In this document: piece after piece, positions 17,237 to 24,900 of the stretch | Layout of the letters: the number at the start of each line of letters is the position of its first letter | How positions within the stretch are numbered: position 1 is the stretch's first letter | From: a virus | Lineage: Duplodnaviria > Caudoviricetes | Virus record (IMG/VR): IMGVR_UViG_3300017774_000177 | Span: 1-25,690 of that record | Strand: one strand, 5' to 3' | Length of the DNA: 25,690 nucleotides | Translations under genes and position numbers: made by a program | The notes under the pieces: model-generated | What the model saw: the letters and a program-made list of their open reading frames with translations, nothing else | What the model was told of the DNA's origin: nothing | Database searches by the model: none

Positions 17237-18787
17237 ATGGCTAGTTATGTCCAATACACTTCCACCGCAGGCCAAGTCAACTACAACATCAGTACGATTG
17301 ACGGTTGGCTGAGTCCTTCATTTTTGAAAGTCAAAATCGATGGAAACTTTCAGCAGTCTAGTGCCTATAGCCTTCAAACGATCAACGGCGTTCCAACGAT
17401 TGTTCTAAACGCTGCTCCAACTACTGGAAGCATTGTTCGGATCTACCGCGAAACGCCAAGCACGACCAGCGGATTCCAGAGTGGTGTGGTGGACTTTCAG
17501 GATGCTTCAGTCCTGACTGCTCAGGATCTGGATAACGCGGTGGTTGGTCTACTGCACATTGCTCAGGAAGGGGCTGATACAGGCTCTGGAGCACTTGGGC
17601 CGACCTTGGATGGTACCGCATGGGATGCCGACAGCAAGCAAATCAAGAGCATCACGGCTCCTTCAGAACCCGGAGATGCCGCTACGAAGAACTATGTCGA
17701 TACCTTGGCCCTATACGGCAAGGCTCAGACGGTTCCACAGACTTGGGAGTTTACGGCTACCGCTGGTCAGACCACTTTTAACCTGAGTACCCTTGGTCCT
17801 GAACCCGCAGGCACCGTGGCCGATATGTATCTGGTCATTGTGGACGGCGTTCTGTACTCTCCAGAAGATTACTCATTCGGTGGGGCCAAGGGTTCGATTA
17901 CTCTGGTCTTCGACAGCGGCCTTAGTGCTGGGGACGCTGTGGTAATCCGAAACTTTGGGGTGGCTCGGGCTGTAGCCGACGCGCTTACTCCGGGATCTAT
18001 TACCGATGTCTACCTTGCAACCGATTCAGTAACTCCAGTAAAGATTGCTGCTAACGCGGTTACCACCGTAAAGATCAACAACCTAGCGGTTACTACAGCC
18101 AAAATTGACAACGGGGCGGTCACAAACGCTAAGTTGGGATCGTTGGCTGTTGAGGAAGCCAATATCAGCAATGGAGCAGTAACAAACGCAAAGATCGGTA
18201 TTGGCGCGGTTGATACGGATCAGTTGGCAACCGGGGCTGTGACCAATATCAAGATTGAAGATAACACCATCAGCGTTGGTAAGTTGGCTACCAGCGTAAC
18301 CGTGGCGACCCTTTCCGCTCCTGCCACCGACTTGGCAATGAACGGGAAGAAGATCACGGGATTGGCAAATCCGACCGCATCGACCGATGCCGCCACTAAA
18401 GACTATGTGGATACGGTTGGTGGCGGGATTCCTACGACTGGCCGGGATGTTCTCAACTTTCCAGTCGGAACCTATCTATTTGTCGAGGGTCAATCAAGTA
18501 CTACATTTTTTACATTTGGTCCTGTTGGTGTGACTCCAGTTTTAAATGTGGCAAGCAACGCTTCAAACAATGTCTACAACGCAGGCGCAGTAACTACCGT
18601 GGCGTGGGATATTAGGCTTAACACTACCGCCATCAGTCCTTTGCATGGCGAGTACCGGGTTTACACCAACCCATCGACTCCGGCGGCTAATTACACATCT
18701 CTTACTGGAGTATGGGTGATGCGTGGAATTGGCGATCAACCCGCCTCAGGAATTAACCGAATGGGACTTGCTCAGAGGATCGCCTAA
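17237..18787 (+). CDS. Tail fibre protein, T7 gp17-like
   Basis: N-terminal anchor (VRIYRETP...VDFQDASVLTAQDLDNA..LLHIAQE), two DAATK.YVD motifs, 10-aa repeats; TAAGGAG SD. Confidence 0.9.
   Translation: MASYVQYTSTAGQVNYNISTIDGWLSPSFLKVKIDGNFQQSSAYSLQTINGVPTIVLNAAPTTGSIVRIYRETPSTTSGFQSGVVDFQDASVLTAQDLDNAVVGLLHIAQEGADTGSGALGPTLDGTAWDADSKQIKSITAPSEPGDAATKNYVDTLALYGKAQTVPQTWEFTATAGQTTFNLSTLGPEPAGTVADMYLVIVDGVLYSPEDYSFGGAKGSITLVFDSGLSAGDAVVIRNFGVARAVADALTPGSITDVYLATDSVTPVKIAANAVTTVKINNLAVTTAKIDNGAVTNAKLGSLAVEEANISNGAVTNAKIGIGAVDTDQLATGAVTNIKIEDNTISVGKLATSVTVATLSAPATDLAMNGKKITGLANPTASTDAATKDYVDTVGGGIPTTGRDVLNFPVGTYLFVEGQSSTTFFTFGPVGVTPVLNVASNASNNVYNAGAVTTVAWDIRLNTTAISPLHGEYRVYTNPSTPAANYTSLTGVWVMRGIGDQPASGINRMGLAQRIA
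17996..18295 (+). repeat. Ten tandem 10-aa repeats in the fibre shaft (consensus about AVTxAKIxxG)
   Basis: SITDVYLATD/SVTPVKIAAN/AVTTVKINNL/AVTTAKIDNG/AVTNAKLGSL/AVEEANISNG/AVTNAKIGIG/AVDTDQLATG/AVTNIKIEDN/TISVGKLATS. Confidence 0.85.
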
Positions 18788-19017
18788 TGCACCACCATGA
18801 CACCCCGGAAATTATGTTGGCGATTGGCCGTCTTGAGGGCAAAGTGGATGCGCTACTACAGATGCAGCGTATGCAGGAAGATCAACTCAAGAATCACGAA
18901 GGCCGTCTTCGGGAACTAGAACATTCTAAGTCTTTTACAATGGGCATTGCAGCCACCGTGGGTGCTATTGCCTCGCTCCTCACTCACGCTCTTTTTAAAC
19001 TCTTTCCACAAGGATAA
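18787..19017 (+). CDS. Small membrane protein (coiled coil plus C-terminal TM), holin-like position (T7 17.5)
   Basis: IGRLEGKVDALL...HEGRLRELE then MGIAATVGAIASLLTHALF; TAATG-coupled to the fibre gene. Confidence 0.6.
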   Translation: MHHHDTPEIMLAIGRLEGKVDALLQMQRMQEDQLKNHEGRLRELEHSKSFTMGIAATVGAIASLLTHALFKLFPQG

Positions 19018-19022
19018 ACATA

Positions 19023-19373
19023 ATGTTCTCCACTCAGGTCATTAACGGTACTGTCGGTGCTACGGCTGTTGTCTCAACTACTTACATTGCCCGTGAGCGT
19101 CCCGATCAGTTTGGCGTGGTCTCGGTGCGCCATGGCGGTTCCAAGATCACTAGCGGTTTCAAGGGCACCATTGAAGGTTCTATCGATAACACCACTTGGT
19201 TTGTTATTGATGTCCTGAAGATTGAAGATCCTGAATACGCCGCTGCTACGGGCGAAATTGATACTGGGAATCCCCTGAACTCGTGGAACAAGGTTGTTGC
19301 TCTTGCCCCCTATATGCGCATTCGCTTGGTTAATGGTGGCAACAACACCTTTAATGCTTGGATTTCCGAGTAA
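19023..19373 (+). CDS. Hypothetical beta-rich virion-type protein
   Basis: 116 aa; AGGA SD; IEGSIDNTTWF and PYMRIRL segments suggest a small jelly-roll. Confidence 0.65.
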   Translation: MFSTQVINGTVGATAVVSTTYIARERPDQFGVVSVRHGGSKITSGFKGTIEGSIDNTTWFVIDVLKIEDPEYAAATGEIDTGNPLNSWNKVVALAPYMRIRLVNGGNNTFNAWISE

Positions 19374-19409
19374 ATAACTCCAAGATACCAACAACAGGAA
19401 ACCAAATAC

Positions 19410-20939
19410 ATGGCAAAGCGTTCAAAGACTACTGTGATTTTTAAGAAGACTGGCGCATCTGTGTCTTCAGTTCCAATGGCTGGAGTAAATGGAAGTACCC
19501 GTGCTGGAGTGTTTCTGCGTGATGCGGTCAATGGAACCGATTCAGTAGACATTATTACGATTGGGGACAGCAATACCGGTTTCCAAAGTGGTGGAGTTCC
19601 GGGTAGTGCAGCCTACGCTTATGGCTACACCTGCGGTCTTCATCGGGCCCTCGGCTGCTTTATGGGGATTCCTATGTATGCTACGGCACTTATTCCAACC
19701 GCTCTTGAATCTGGAAGTTCTTCGGGTTTTGGCCGTGGTGATCCCATTGTTGGCGTGAACCCGTTGGGTACCAATGTTAAGTGTGAGTGGCCGGGTACAG
19801 CCGATAGCGGAGTAGCCGGAGCAACGGGTCCTGTATCACGCTTGGAACACCGTGTGGGGCAGAGCGACGCAAACGCTATTGCTTTGAAGACAAATCTTGG
19901 TTACTCCACGGCAACAGACAATCCGGATGAAGGCTTTGGAAAGTTGCTTCCACGCTTTACCGGATTCCTTTGGGATGGTGCTTTTGTGGCAGCGGGTAAC
20001 ACCTATACCAGCGACGGAACCAAGAATTTTGTTTACTTAAAGGCATCTAGTCCTATTCTCAATGCTCAAAGTCAGCCAAGCCTTCAGTACCGCTGCGTGT
20101 ATGGTAAGTTTGCTTCCGGTTCTGGAACTTTTCGCACGACTGGGCTTATTTTGACTGGCTTTGTTGCAACTGAAGGATCTATTACTCAGACCAGCGGCGG
20201 ATCTGCAAACAACTGGTATGGAACTTCTACGGTAACTTTTACTGGTCCTACGGTTACCAATGGAGTTGCTGCTAGTGATGTGTGCGCTTCTTGGGATAAT
20301 ATCAGTCAAGGAGATCCGGTTGTTGGGCCTTTTGCAGGACTGTGGCACTCAATTTGTCGCCTCAATTCTAAGGGTTACGCAGTTAATAACTACATTTACC
20401 AAGGCGGCGCACAGAGCATTCATCTCCGAAACCGATTGGAAAGTAACGGTGGAGTTCTTGACTCGTACTTGAAAGAAATTGCCGCGCGTCAAATTGCAGC
20501 AAGCGGCTCTGGCCGTGCTATTGTGTGGATAAATGTGGGAATCAATGGGCCAGAATCAGGAGCCTCATTCATCACCAACATTACGGCTTGCATTAATAAG
20601 TTGATTGAACGCTGGGAGGCTGTTGGTAATAACGCCAACAACCTTGCATTCATTATTAGCGCAAGTCACCCTGCTCCTGCTGTTTCTACTTGGGCTGCTG
20701 ATAGGGCAACCACGGTCGCGGCAGCGGCTACTGTGGCTACAAATAACGCTTCAAAGGGCGTTGTTGCTGTCGATGTTGCTCAGTTTTACAGCGCACAGGA
20801 TCTGTTAACTGGCGGTGTGTCTGGTTCCACCATGTATGATGCTGCTGGTCAAGCCCACCTTCGTGGGTTTAACGACCAATCAAACGGCTATGATGCTGTG
20901 GCAACCGCTATGATTAGTGCTGTTTGTAGTTATGTGTGA
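19410..20939 (+). CDS. SGNH/GDSL hydrolase-like protein, possible tailspike or esterase
   Basis: Block I IITIGDSNT; block II-like NNYIYQGG; block III-like WINVGING; block V-like YDAAGQAHL...GY; Gly/Ser/Thr/Ala-rich. Confidence 0.6.
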   Translation: MAKRSKTTVIFKKTGASVSSVPMAGVNGSTRAGVFLRDAVNGTDSVDIITIGDSNTGFQSGGVPGSAAYAYGYTCGLHRALGCFMGIPMYATALIPTALESGSSSGFGRGDPIVGVNPLGTNVKCEWPGTADSGVAGATGPVSRLEHRVGQSDANAIALKTNLGYSTATDNPDEGFGKLLPRFTGFLWDGAFVAAGNTYTSDGTKNFVYLKASSPILNAQSQPSLQYRCVYGKFASGSGTFRTTGLILTGFVATEGSITQTSGGSANNWYGTSTVTFTGPTVTNGVAASDVCASWDNISQGDPVVGPFAGLWHSICRLNSKGYAVNNYIYQGGAQSIHLRNRLESNGGVLDSYLKEIAARQIAASGSGRAIVWINVGINGPESGASFITNITACINKLIERWEAVGNNANNLAFIISASHPAPAVSTWAADRATTVAAAATVATNNASKGVVAVDVAQFYSAQDLLTGGVSGSTMYDAAGQAHLRGFNDQSNGYDAVATAMISAVCSYV

Positions 20940-20946
20940 GTAAACC

Positions 20947-21153
20947 ATGAACAAAGACATCCTTGAAGCAATCCACTCGGCTCTTGCTCAAGAGTTGCTG
21001 CGAAAGATCCAGAACGGGGATGCGACCCCCTCGGATCTTAGCGTTGCCCGTCAGTTCCTCAAGGACAACGGCATTGACGCGGCTCCTGATGCCTCGCAGC
21101 CCATGCTGAATCTTGCCAAGATCATGCCCTTTGACGAAGAAGAAGCCGCTTGA
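20947..21153 (+). CDS. terS: Terminase small subunit, T7 gp18-like
   Basis: LL.KIQNGDATPSDLSVARQFLKDNGID...LA..MPF; directly upstream of TerL. Confidence 0.88.
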   Translation: MNKDILEAIHSALAQELLRKIQNGDATPSDLSVARQFLKDNGIDAAPDASQPMLNLAKIMPFDEEEAA

Positions 21154-22805
21154 GTGAACTAGAACGCAAACTGAAAGACTTCAGGAACTTCGTTTATCTG
21201 GCGTGGGACCATCTTGGGCTACCAGAGCCCACCCCTATCCAGTTGGACATTGCCAAGTATCTCCAGAAGGGGCCCCGTAGGCGTGTCGTACAGGCATTCC
21301 GTGGGGTAGGCAAGAGTTGGCTTACTAGTGCCTATGTGGTCTTCAGGTTGCTGCATGATCCCAAGTTGAATGTGCTGGTGGTCTCTGCATCTAAGCAACG
21401 AGCAGATGACTTCAGTACTTTTACTTTGAGATTGATCAACGAGATTCCGATTTGCCAACACCTAAAGCCTAGGGAAGACCAGAGAAACTCCAAGATTGCG
21501 TTCGATGTTGGTCCTGCTCCGGCTTCGCAAGCCCCTAGTGTTGTTTCTAAGGGAATCACCAGTCAGATTACGGGTAGCCGTGCTGACCTGATCATTGCTG
21601 ACGATGTTGAGTCGCTGAATAACTCTGCAACCTTCCTGATGCGGGACAAGTTGCAGTCTGCTGTGGCTGAGTTTGAAGCAGTACTTAAGCCCGGAGGGGA
21701 GGTGATTTATCTGGGCACCCCTCAGACAGAGCAGTCGATTTACCATGCCTTCCATGAGAAGGGGTATGACACGAAGATCTGGCCTGCTAGGTATCCCGAT
21801 AGCCGCCTGAAGACGGCCTTTGGGGAGAAACTGGCTCCCATGCTGCGGGATGGATCAGAAGGCGACCCAACGGATCCTAGGCGGTTTAATGCCATTGACC
21901 TGATGGAGCGTGAAGCGTCCTACGGGCGTACCGGGTTTGCCCTCCAGTTCATGTTGGACAGCACCCTGAGTGACGCTGACAGGTATCCGCTCAAGTTGAG
22001 CGACCTGTTGGTCTTTGGATTGAACCCAGAGAACGCTCCTGAGAAGCCTGTTTGGGCGGCTAATCCCAGCAACATTGTCAAGGACATCCCTTGCGTGGGC
22101 TTTAATGGGGATCGGTATTACGGGCCCATGGACATCATCGGTAAGTGGATTCCCTATGAAGGATCCATTATGGCAATTGACCCCAGCGGTCGTGGCGATA
22201 ACGAAACCGCCTACGCTGTGGTCAAGATGCTGAATGGGTTCCTGTATGTGACTGCTGCGGGTGGTCTACAGGGAGGCTACGAGCAGGCAACTATGGACAA
22301 ACTGGTGTCCATTGCCAAGGGTCAGGCCGTCAACAAGATCATTGTCGAGTCGAACTTTGGTGACGGTATGTTCTCGGAACTGCTGAAGCCGTATCTACGG
22401 AACAGTTACCCCTGCACAGTCGAAGAAGTCCGGCATAACATCCAGAAGGAACGCCGGATTGTGGACACCCTAGAGCCCGTTATGAACCAGCATCGACTGG
22501 TAATTGACGCTGGGGTCATCCGAAACGATTACGAATCCACCAAAATGTATGCCACGGAGAAGGCTCTCCAATATTCACTTATGTGGCAGATGTCCCGGAT
22601 TACTAGGACCAAGAAAGCCTTGGCTTATGATGACCGACTGGATGTCTTGGCTATGGCTATCGGGTTCTGGTCTGAGGTAATGGCACAGGATGCCAACCGT
22701 AAGATTGCTTCCCGTAAAGAAGAAGAACTGGATCGTGAACTGGAACGGTTTATGGAACACGCTGTCGGGCGTAGGCCCAGAGGTGACACATGGATGAGCC
22801 TGTGA
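21150..22805 (+). CDS. terL: Terminase large subunit, T7 gp19-like
   Basis: Walker A QAFRGVGKS, Walker B LIIADD, motif LGTPQ, RNase H-type nuclease AIDPSGRG, ESNFGDGMF, DDRLD; TTGA overlap with terS. Confidence 0.97.
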   Translation: MSELERKLKDFRNFVYLAWDHLGLPEPTPIQLDIAKYLQKGPRRRVVQAFRGVGKSWLTSAYVVFRLLHDPKLNVLVVSASKQRADDFSTFTLRLINEIPICQHLKPREDQRNSKIAFDVGPAPASQAPSVVSKGITSQITGSRADLIIADDVESLNNSATFLMRDKLQSAVAEFEAVLKPGGEVIYLGTPQTEQSIYHAFHEKGYDTKIWPARYPDSRLKTAFGEKLAPMLRDGSEGDPTDPRRFNAIDLMEREASYGRTGFALQFMLDSTLSDADRYPLKLSDLLVFGLNPENAPEKPVWAANPSNIVKDIPCVGFNGDRYYGPMDIIGKWIPYEGSIMAIDPSGRGDNETAYAVVKMLNGFLYVTAAGGLQGGYEQATMDKLVSIAKGQAVNKIIVESNFGDGMFSELLKPYLRNSYPCTVEEVRHNIQKERRIVDTLEPVMNQHRLVIDAGVIRNDYESTKMYATEKALQYSLMWQMSRITRTKKALAYDDRLDVLAMAIGFWSEVMAQDANRKIASRKEEELDRELERFMEHAVGRRPRGDTWMSL

Positions 22806-22981
22806 CTGAGTGGTCTTTGAACCTGACCCATAAGGCTTGCAGAGCCCTGCTTTCTTATGAGGATCATCTAAGGAGCGAACGCTCTCTTAAGGCATCAACC
22901 AAGTTGGCTAAGGCTATGCGTGAGTTGCGCGAAGCCCTGCCCAAGGAATTACTGGAGATGGCAAATGGCAAGCCCGTGTAA
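22802..22981 (+). CDS. Hypothetical protein
   Basis: GTGA overlap with the terL stop; fills the gap to the next gene; helical. Confidence 0.5.
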   Translation: MTEWSLNLTHKACRALLSYEDHLRSERSLKASTKLAKAMRELREALPKELLEMANGKPV

Positions 22982-23204
22982 TGGCAAGAAACTGAATACT
23001 CCGTGGCGTACCCCGGGTGGAAACAAGAAGTCCGCCGTGTGCGTCAAGGACGGAGAGAAGACGAAGGTGGTCCGCTTTGGCGACCCCAAGATGAAGATCA
23101 AGAAGCACATTCCGGGTCGCAGGGCCAACTTTAGGGCTCGACACAACTGCGACAACCCGGGTCCAAAGACCAAGGCACGATACTGGTCGTGCAGGGCGTG
23201 GTGA
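22965..23204 (+). CDS. Small basic Cys-containing phage protein
   Basis: ATG 22965 with GGAG SD; KVVRFGDPKMKIKK..PGRRANFRARHNCD.PGPKTKARYWSC.AW resembles a family I recall from aquatic viruses (unverified). Confidence 0.75.
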   Translation: MASPCNGKKLNTPWRTPGGNKKSAVCVKDGEKTKVVRFGDPKMKIKKHIPGRRANFRARHNCDNPGPKTKARYWSCRAW

Positions 23205-23207
23205 TCT

Positions 23208-23561
23208 ATGCCCAAAGATGCGTGTTATCGTAAGGTCATGCGGTCGTACGGCAAGTGGTCCGCAAGGGCTGCTCAGGCTACCGCCAAGTGCCGGAAGGCC
23301 AAGGGCGATGTCCGTAAGGGCGAAGCAGGAGCCAACCTGAAGCGTTGGACCGATGAAAAGTGGGTCGATACCCGTACTAGTAAGCCCTGTGGTGGAGGGG
23401 GTAAGAACGAGTATTGCCGCCCCAGCCGCAAGATCAGCAAAAAGACCCCCAAGACTGTGGGCGAAATGTCCAAGTCTGAACTGGCTTCTAAGAAGCGTGA
23501 AAAGATGAAGATCGGGATGCGTGGTGCATCTGGTCCCAAAGTGTCCCCTGCAAAGAGGTAA
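23208..23561 (+). CDS. Basic Cys-containing phage protein (possibly DUF5872-like)
   Basis: DACYRKV, KCRK, LKRW..EKWVD..T.KPCG, YCRP..KIS.KTPKT..EM. Confidence 0.7.
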   Translation: MPKDACYRKVMRSYGKWSARAAQATAKCRKAKGDVRKGEAGANLKRWTDEKWVDTRTSKPCGGGGKNEYCRPSRKISKKTPKTVGEMSKSELASKKREKMKIGMRGASGPKVSPAKR

Positions 23562-23563
23562 TC

Positions 23564-23782
23564 ATGTCGATGCTAAACAAGTTTATTGCTCCTGAACTCA
23601 AGATTAAGACCAAGGGATCCAAGGGTCGCCGCGTTACCCCGGGTAAGACCAAGCACGGACCAAAGCCTAATATGGGTGTTGTTGCTGCTGGTAAGAGTGG
23701 GATGACCATTGGTAACATTGGTGCCCTGAAGACTCAGGTCAGCAGTCAGGGCGCACAGGGTGGTGGCGGAGGTAAGCGATAA
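23564..23782 (+). CDS. Hypothetical Lys/Gly-rich protein
   Basis: GAGG SD; tightly packed between neighbouring genes. Confidence 0.6.
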   Translation: MSMLNKFIAPELKIKTKGSKGRRVTPGKTKHGPKPNMGVVAAGKSGMTIGNIGALKTQVSSQGAQGGGGGKR

Positions 23783-23898
23783 TGCCAAAGAAAGTTGTTG
23801 AAGCCTTGATGCGTAAGGGGATGTCCAAGGACAAGGCTTATGCCATTGCCTATGGACAAGTCAAGAACCGACTCAAGGTCAAGAAGAAGGCCAAGTGA
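23782..23898 (+). CDS. 38-aa basic protein (below the ORF-track cut-off)
   Basis: MPKKVVEALMRKGMSKDKAYAIAYGQVKNRLKVKKKAK*; GGAGG SD; TAATG overlap upstream and TGATG overlap downstream. Confidence 0.75.
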   Translation: MPKKVVEALMRKGMSKDKAYAIAYGQVKNRLKVKKKAK

Positions 23899-24122
23899 TG
23901 TCTGATCGGGACTACAAAAAGGAATATCGAGAGTACCACGGTACTGAACGATACAAGAAGGACCGGGCTCATCGAAATAAGGTTCGACGGATGATGATCC
24001 GGGAAGGCAAGGTTCGTAAGGGCGACGGCAAGGATATTGACCACAAGAACGGAAATCCCCGGGATAACCGTAGGTCAAATCTAAGGATCGTTCACCGATC
24101 AGTTAACCGGGCCAAGCACTAG
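23898..24122 (+). CDS. Small HNH endonuclease-like protein
   Basis: DIDHKNGNPRDNRRSNLRIVHRSVNR beta-beta-alpha motif; basic N-terminus RDYKKEY. Confidence 0.8.
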   Translation: MSDRDYKKEYREYHGTERYKKDRAHRNKVRRMMIREGKVRKGDGKDIDHKNGNPRDNRRSNLRIVHRSVNRAKH

Positions 24123-24135
24123 AAAGGACCCATCC

Positions 24136-24465
24136 ATGGACATCAAGTGGTCACCCTATGTTATCAAAGTGAACCCTGTTGAGATGCCCAAGGATGAATT
24201 TGGTCAGTTCTTCTACTACCCTACTCCTGAGATACACATCTCTAAGGACCTAAGGGGTATACCCTACTACAGTACACTAGTACATGAACTACTAGAGATG
24301 GTGAATGGGGTCTATGAACTAGGTCTATCTGAGACTAAGATCAGGATCCTAGAGACATCCCTGATGCAACTGATGTGTCAGAACCCGGGTGTCGTGACCA
24401 GTCTGGGAATGGCATTACAGGGCCCGGGTAGGGCAGAGGCCCCAGAGGTACCCCCCAAGGCTTAG
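24136..24465 (+). CDS. Hypothetical protein with degenerate zincin-like motif (HExxE)
   Basis: AAGGA SD; FGQF...EIHISKDL...STLVHELLE. Confidence 0.6.
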   Translation: MDIKWSPYVIKVNPVEMPKDEFGQFFYYPTPEIHISKDLRGIPYYSTLVHELLEMVNGVYELGLSETKIRILETSLMQLMCQNPGVVTSLGMALQGPGRAEAPEVPPKA

Positions 24466-24740
24466 AAGGTCACAGACGGGCTTCTAGGGGCTGCAAACGG
24501 GTGCCTAGGGGGTGATGGGGGTAGGCGATAGGTGGCTGGGGTGGTGTAGGGCTGATTTTGGGAAAAAAATGTGAAAGGCTTTAATTGATATTCAGTCCGC
24601 CCGCTACCCCCCGTGGGTACCCGTGGCCGCTCGACGCTATCCCCACGCTTTGACTAGGTCGGAAACGGGCGCGAGACTTGAATGGATCCAATCGTGGGCT
24701 CATGGGTGAACCGATGGAAACGCGGCGGGATTGTGGAGCG
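24466..24740. other. Probable genome end / terminal-repeat junction between late and early regions
   Basis: Non-coding stretch after the last late gene with G-runs, an A/T tract (24557-24570) and CCCCCCGTGGG; composition changes downstream; followed by a host-type promoter. Exact termini cannot be seen. Confidence 0.5.
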
Positions 24741-24744
24741 GGTT

Positions 24745-24759
24745 GTCTAGGGTCTAGAC
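24745..24759. repeat. Left arm of 15-bp inverted repeat (GTCTAGGGTCTAGAC)
   Basis: Exact reverse complement of 25592-25606. Confidence 0.85.
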
Positions 24760-24799
24760 GCTTGTCTCTCCCTCGCCGTTTCGTTTCCTCAAGTGGGAC

Positions 24800-24828
24800 T
24801 TGACACGGCCCGTTCTTTCGACTACTCT
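24800..24828 (+). promoter_or_regulatory. Sigma70-type early promoter
   Basis: TTGACA (24800-24805), 17-nt spacer, TACTCT (24823-24828). Confidence 0.8.
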
Positions 24829-24900
24829 TCACTCATGGCCGATGCTCTCTCCATGTGGAAGAGCCGGACCTAGTGCCTTGAATCGAAAGAGGATTGAACC

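Noticed and set aside
17996-18295. 30-nt periodicity as a CRISPR array or DGR repeat
   Set aside because: The repeat is at protein level with degenerate codons; no spacers, no adenine-specific TR/VR pair and no reverse transcriptase.
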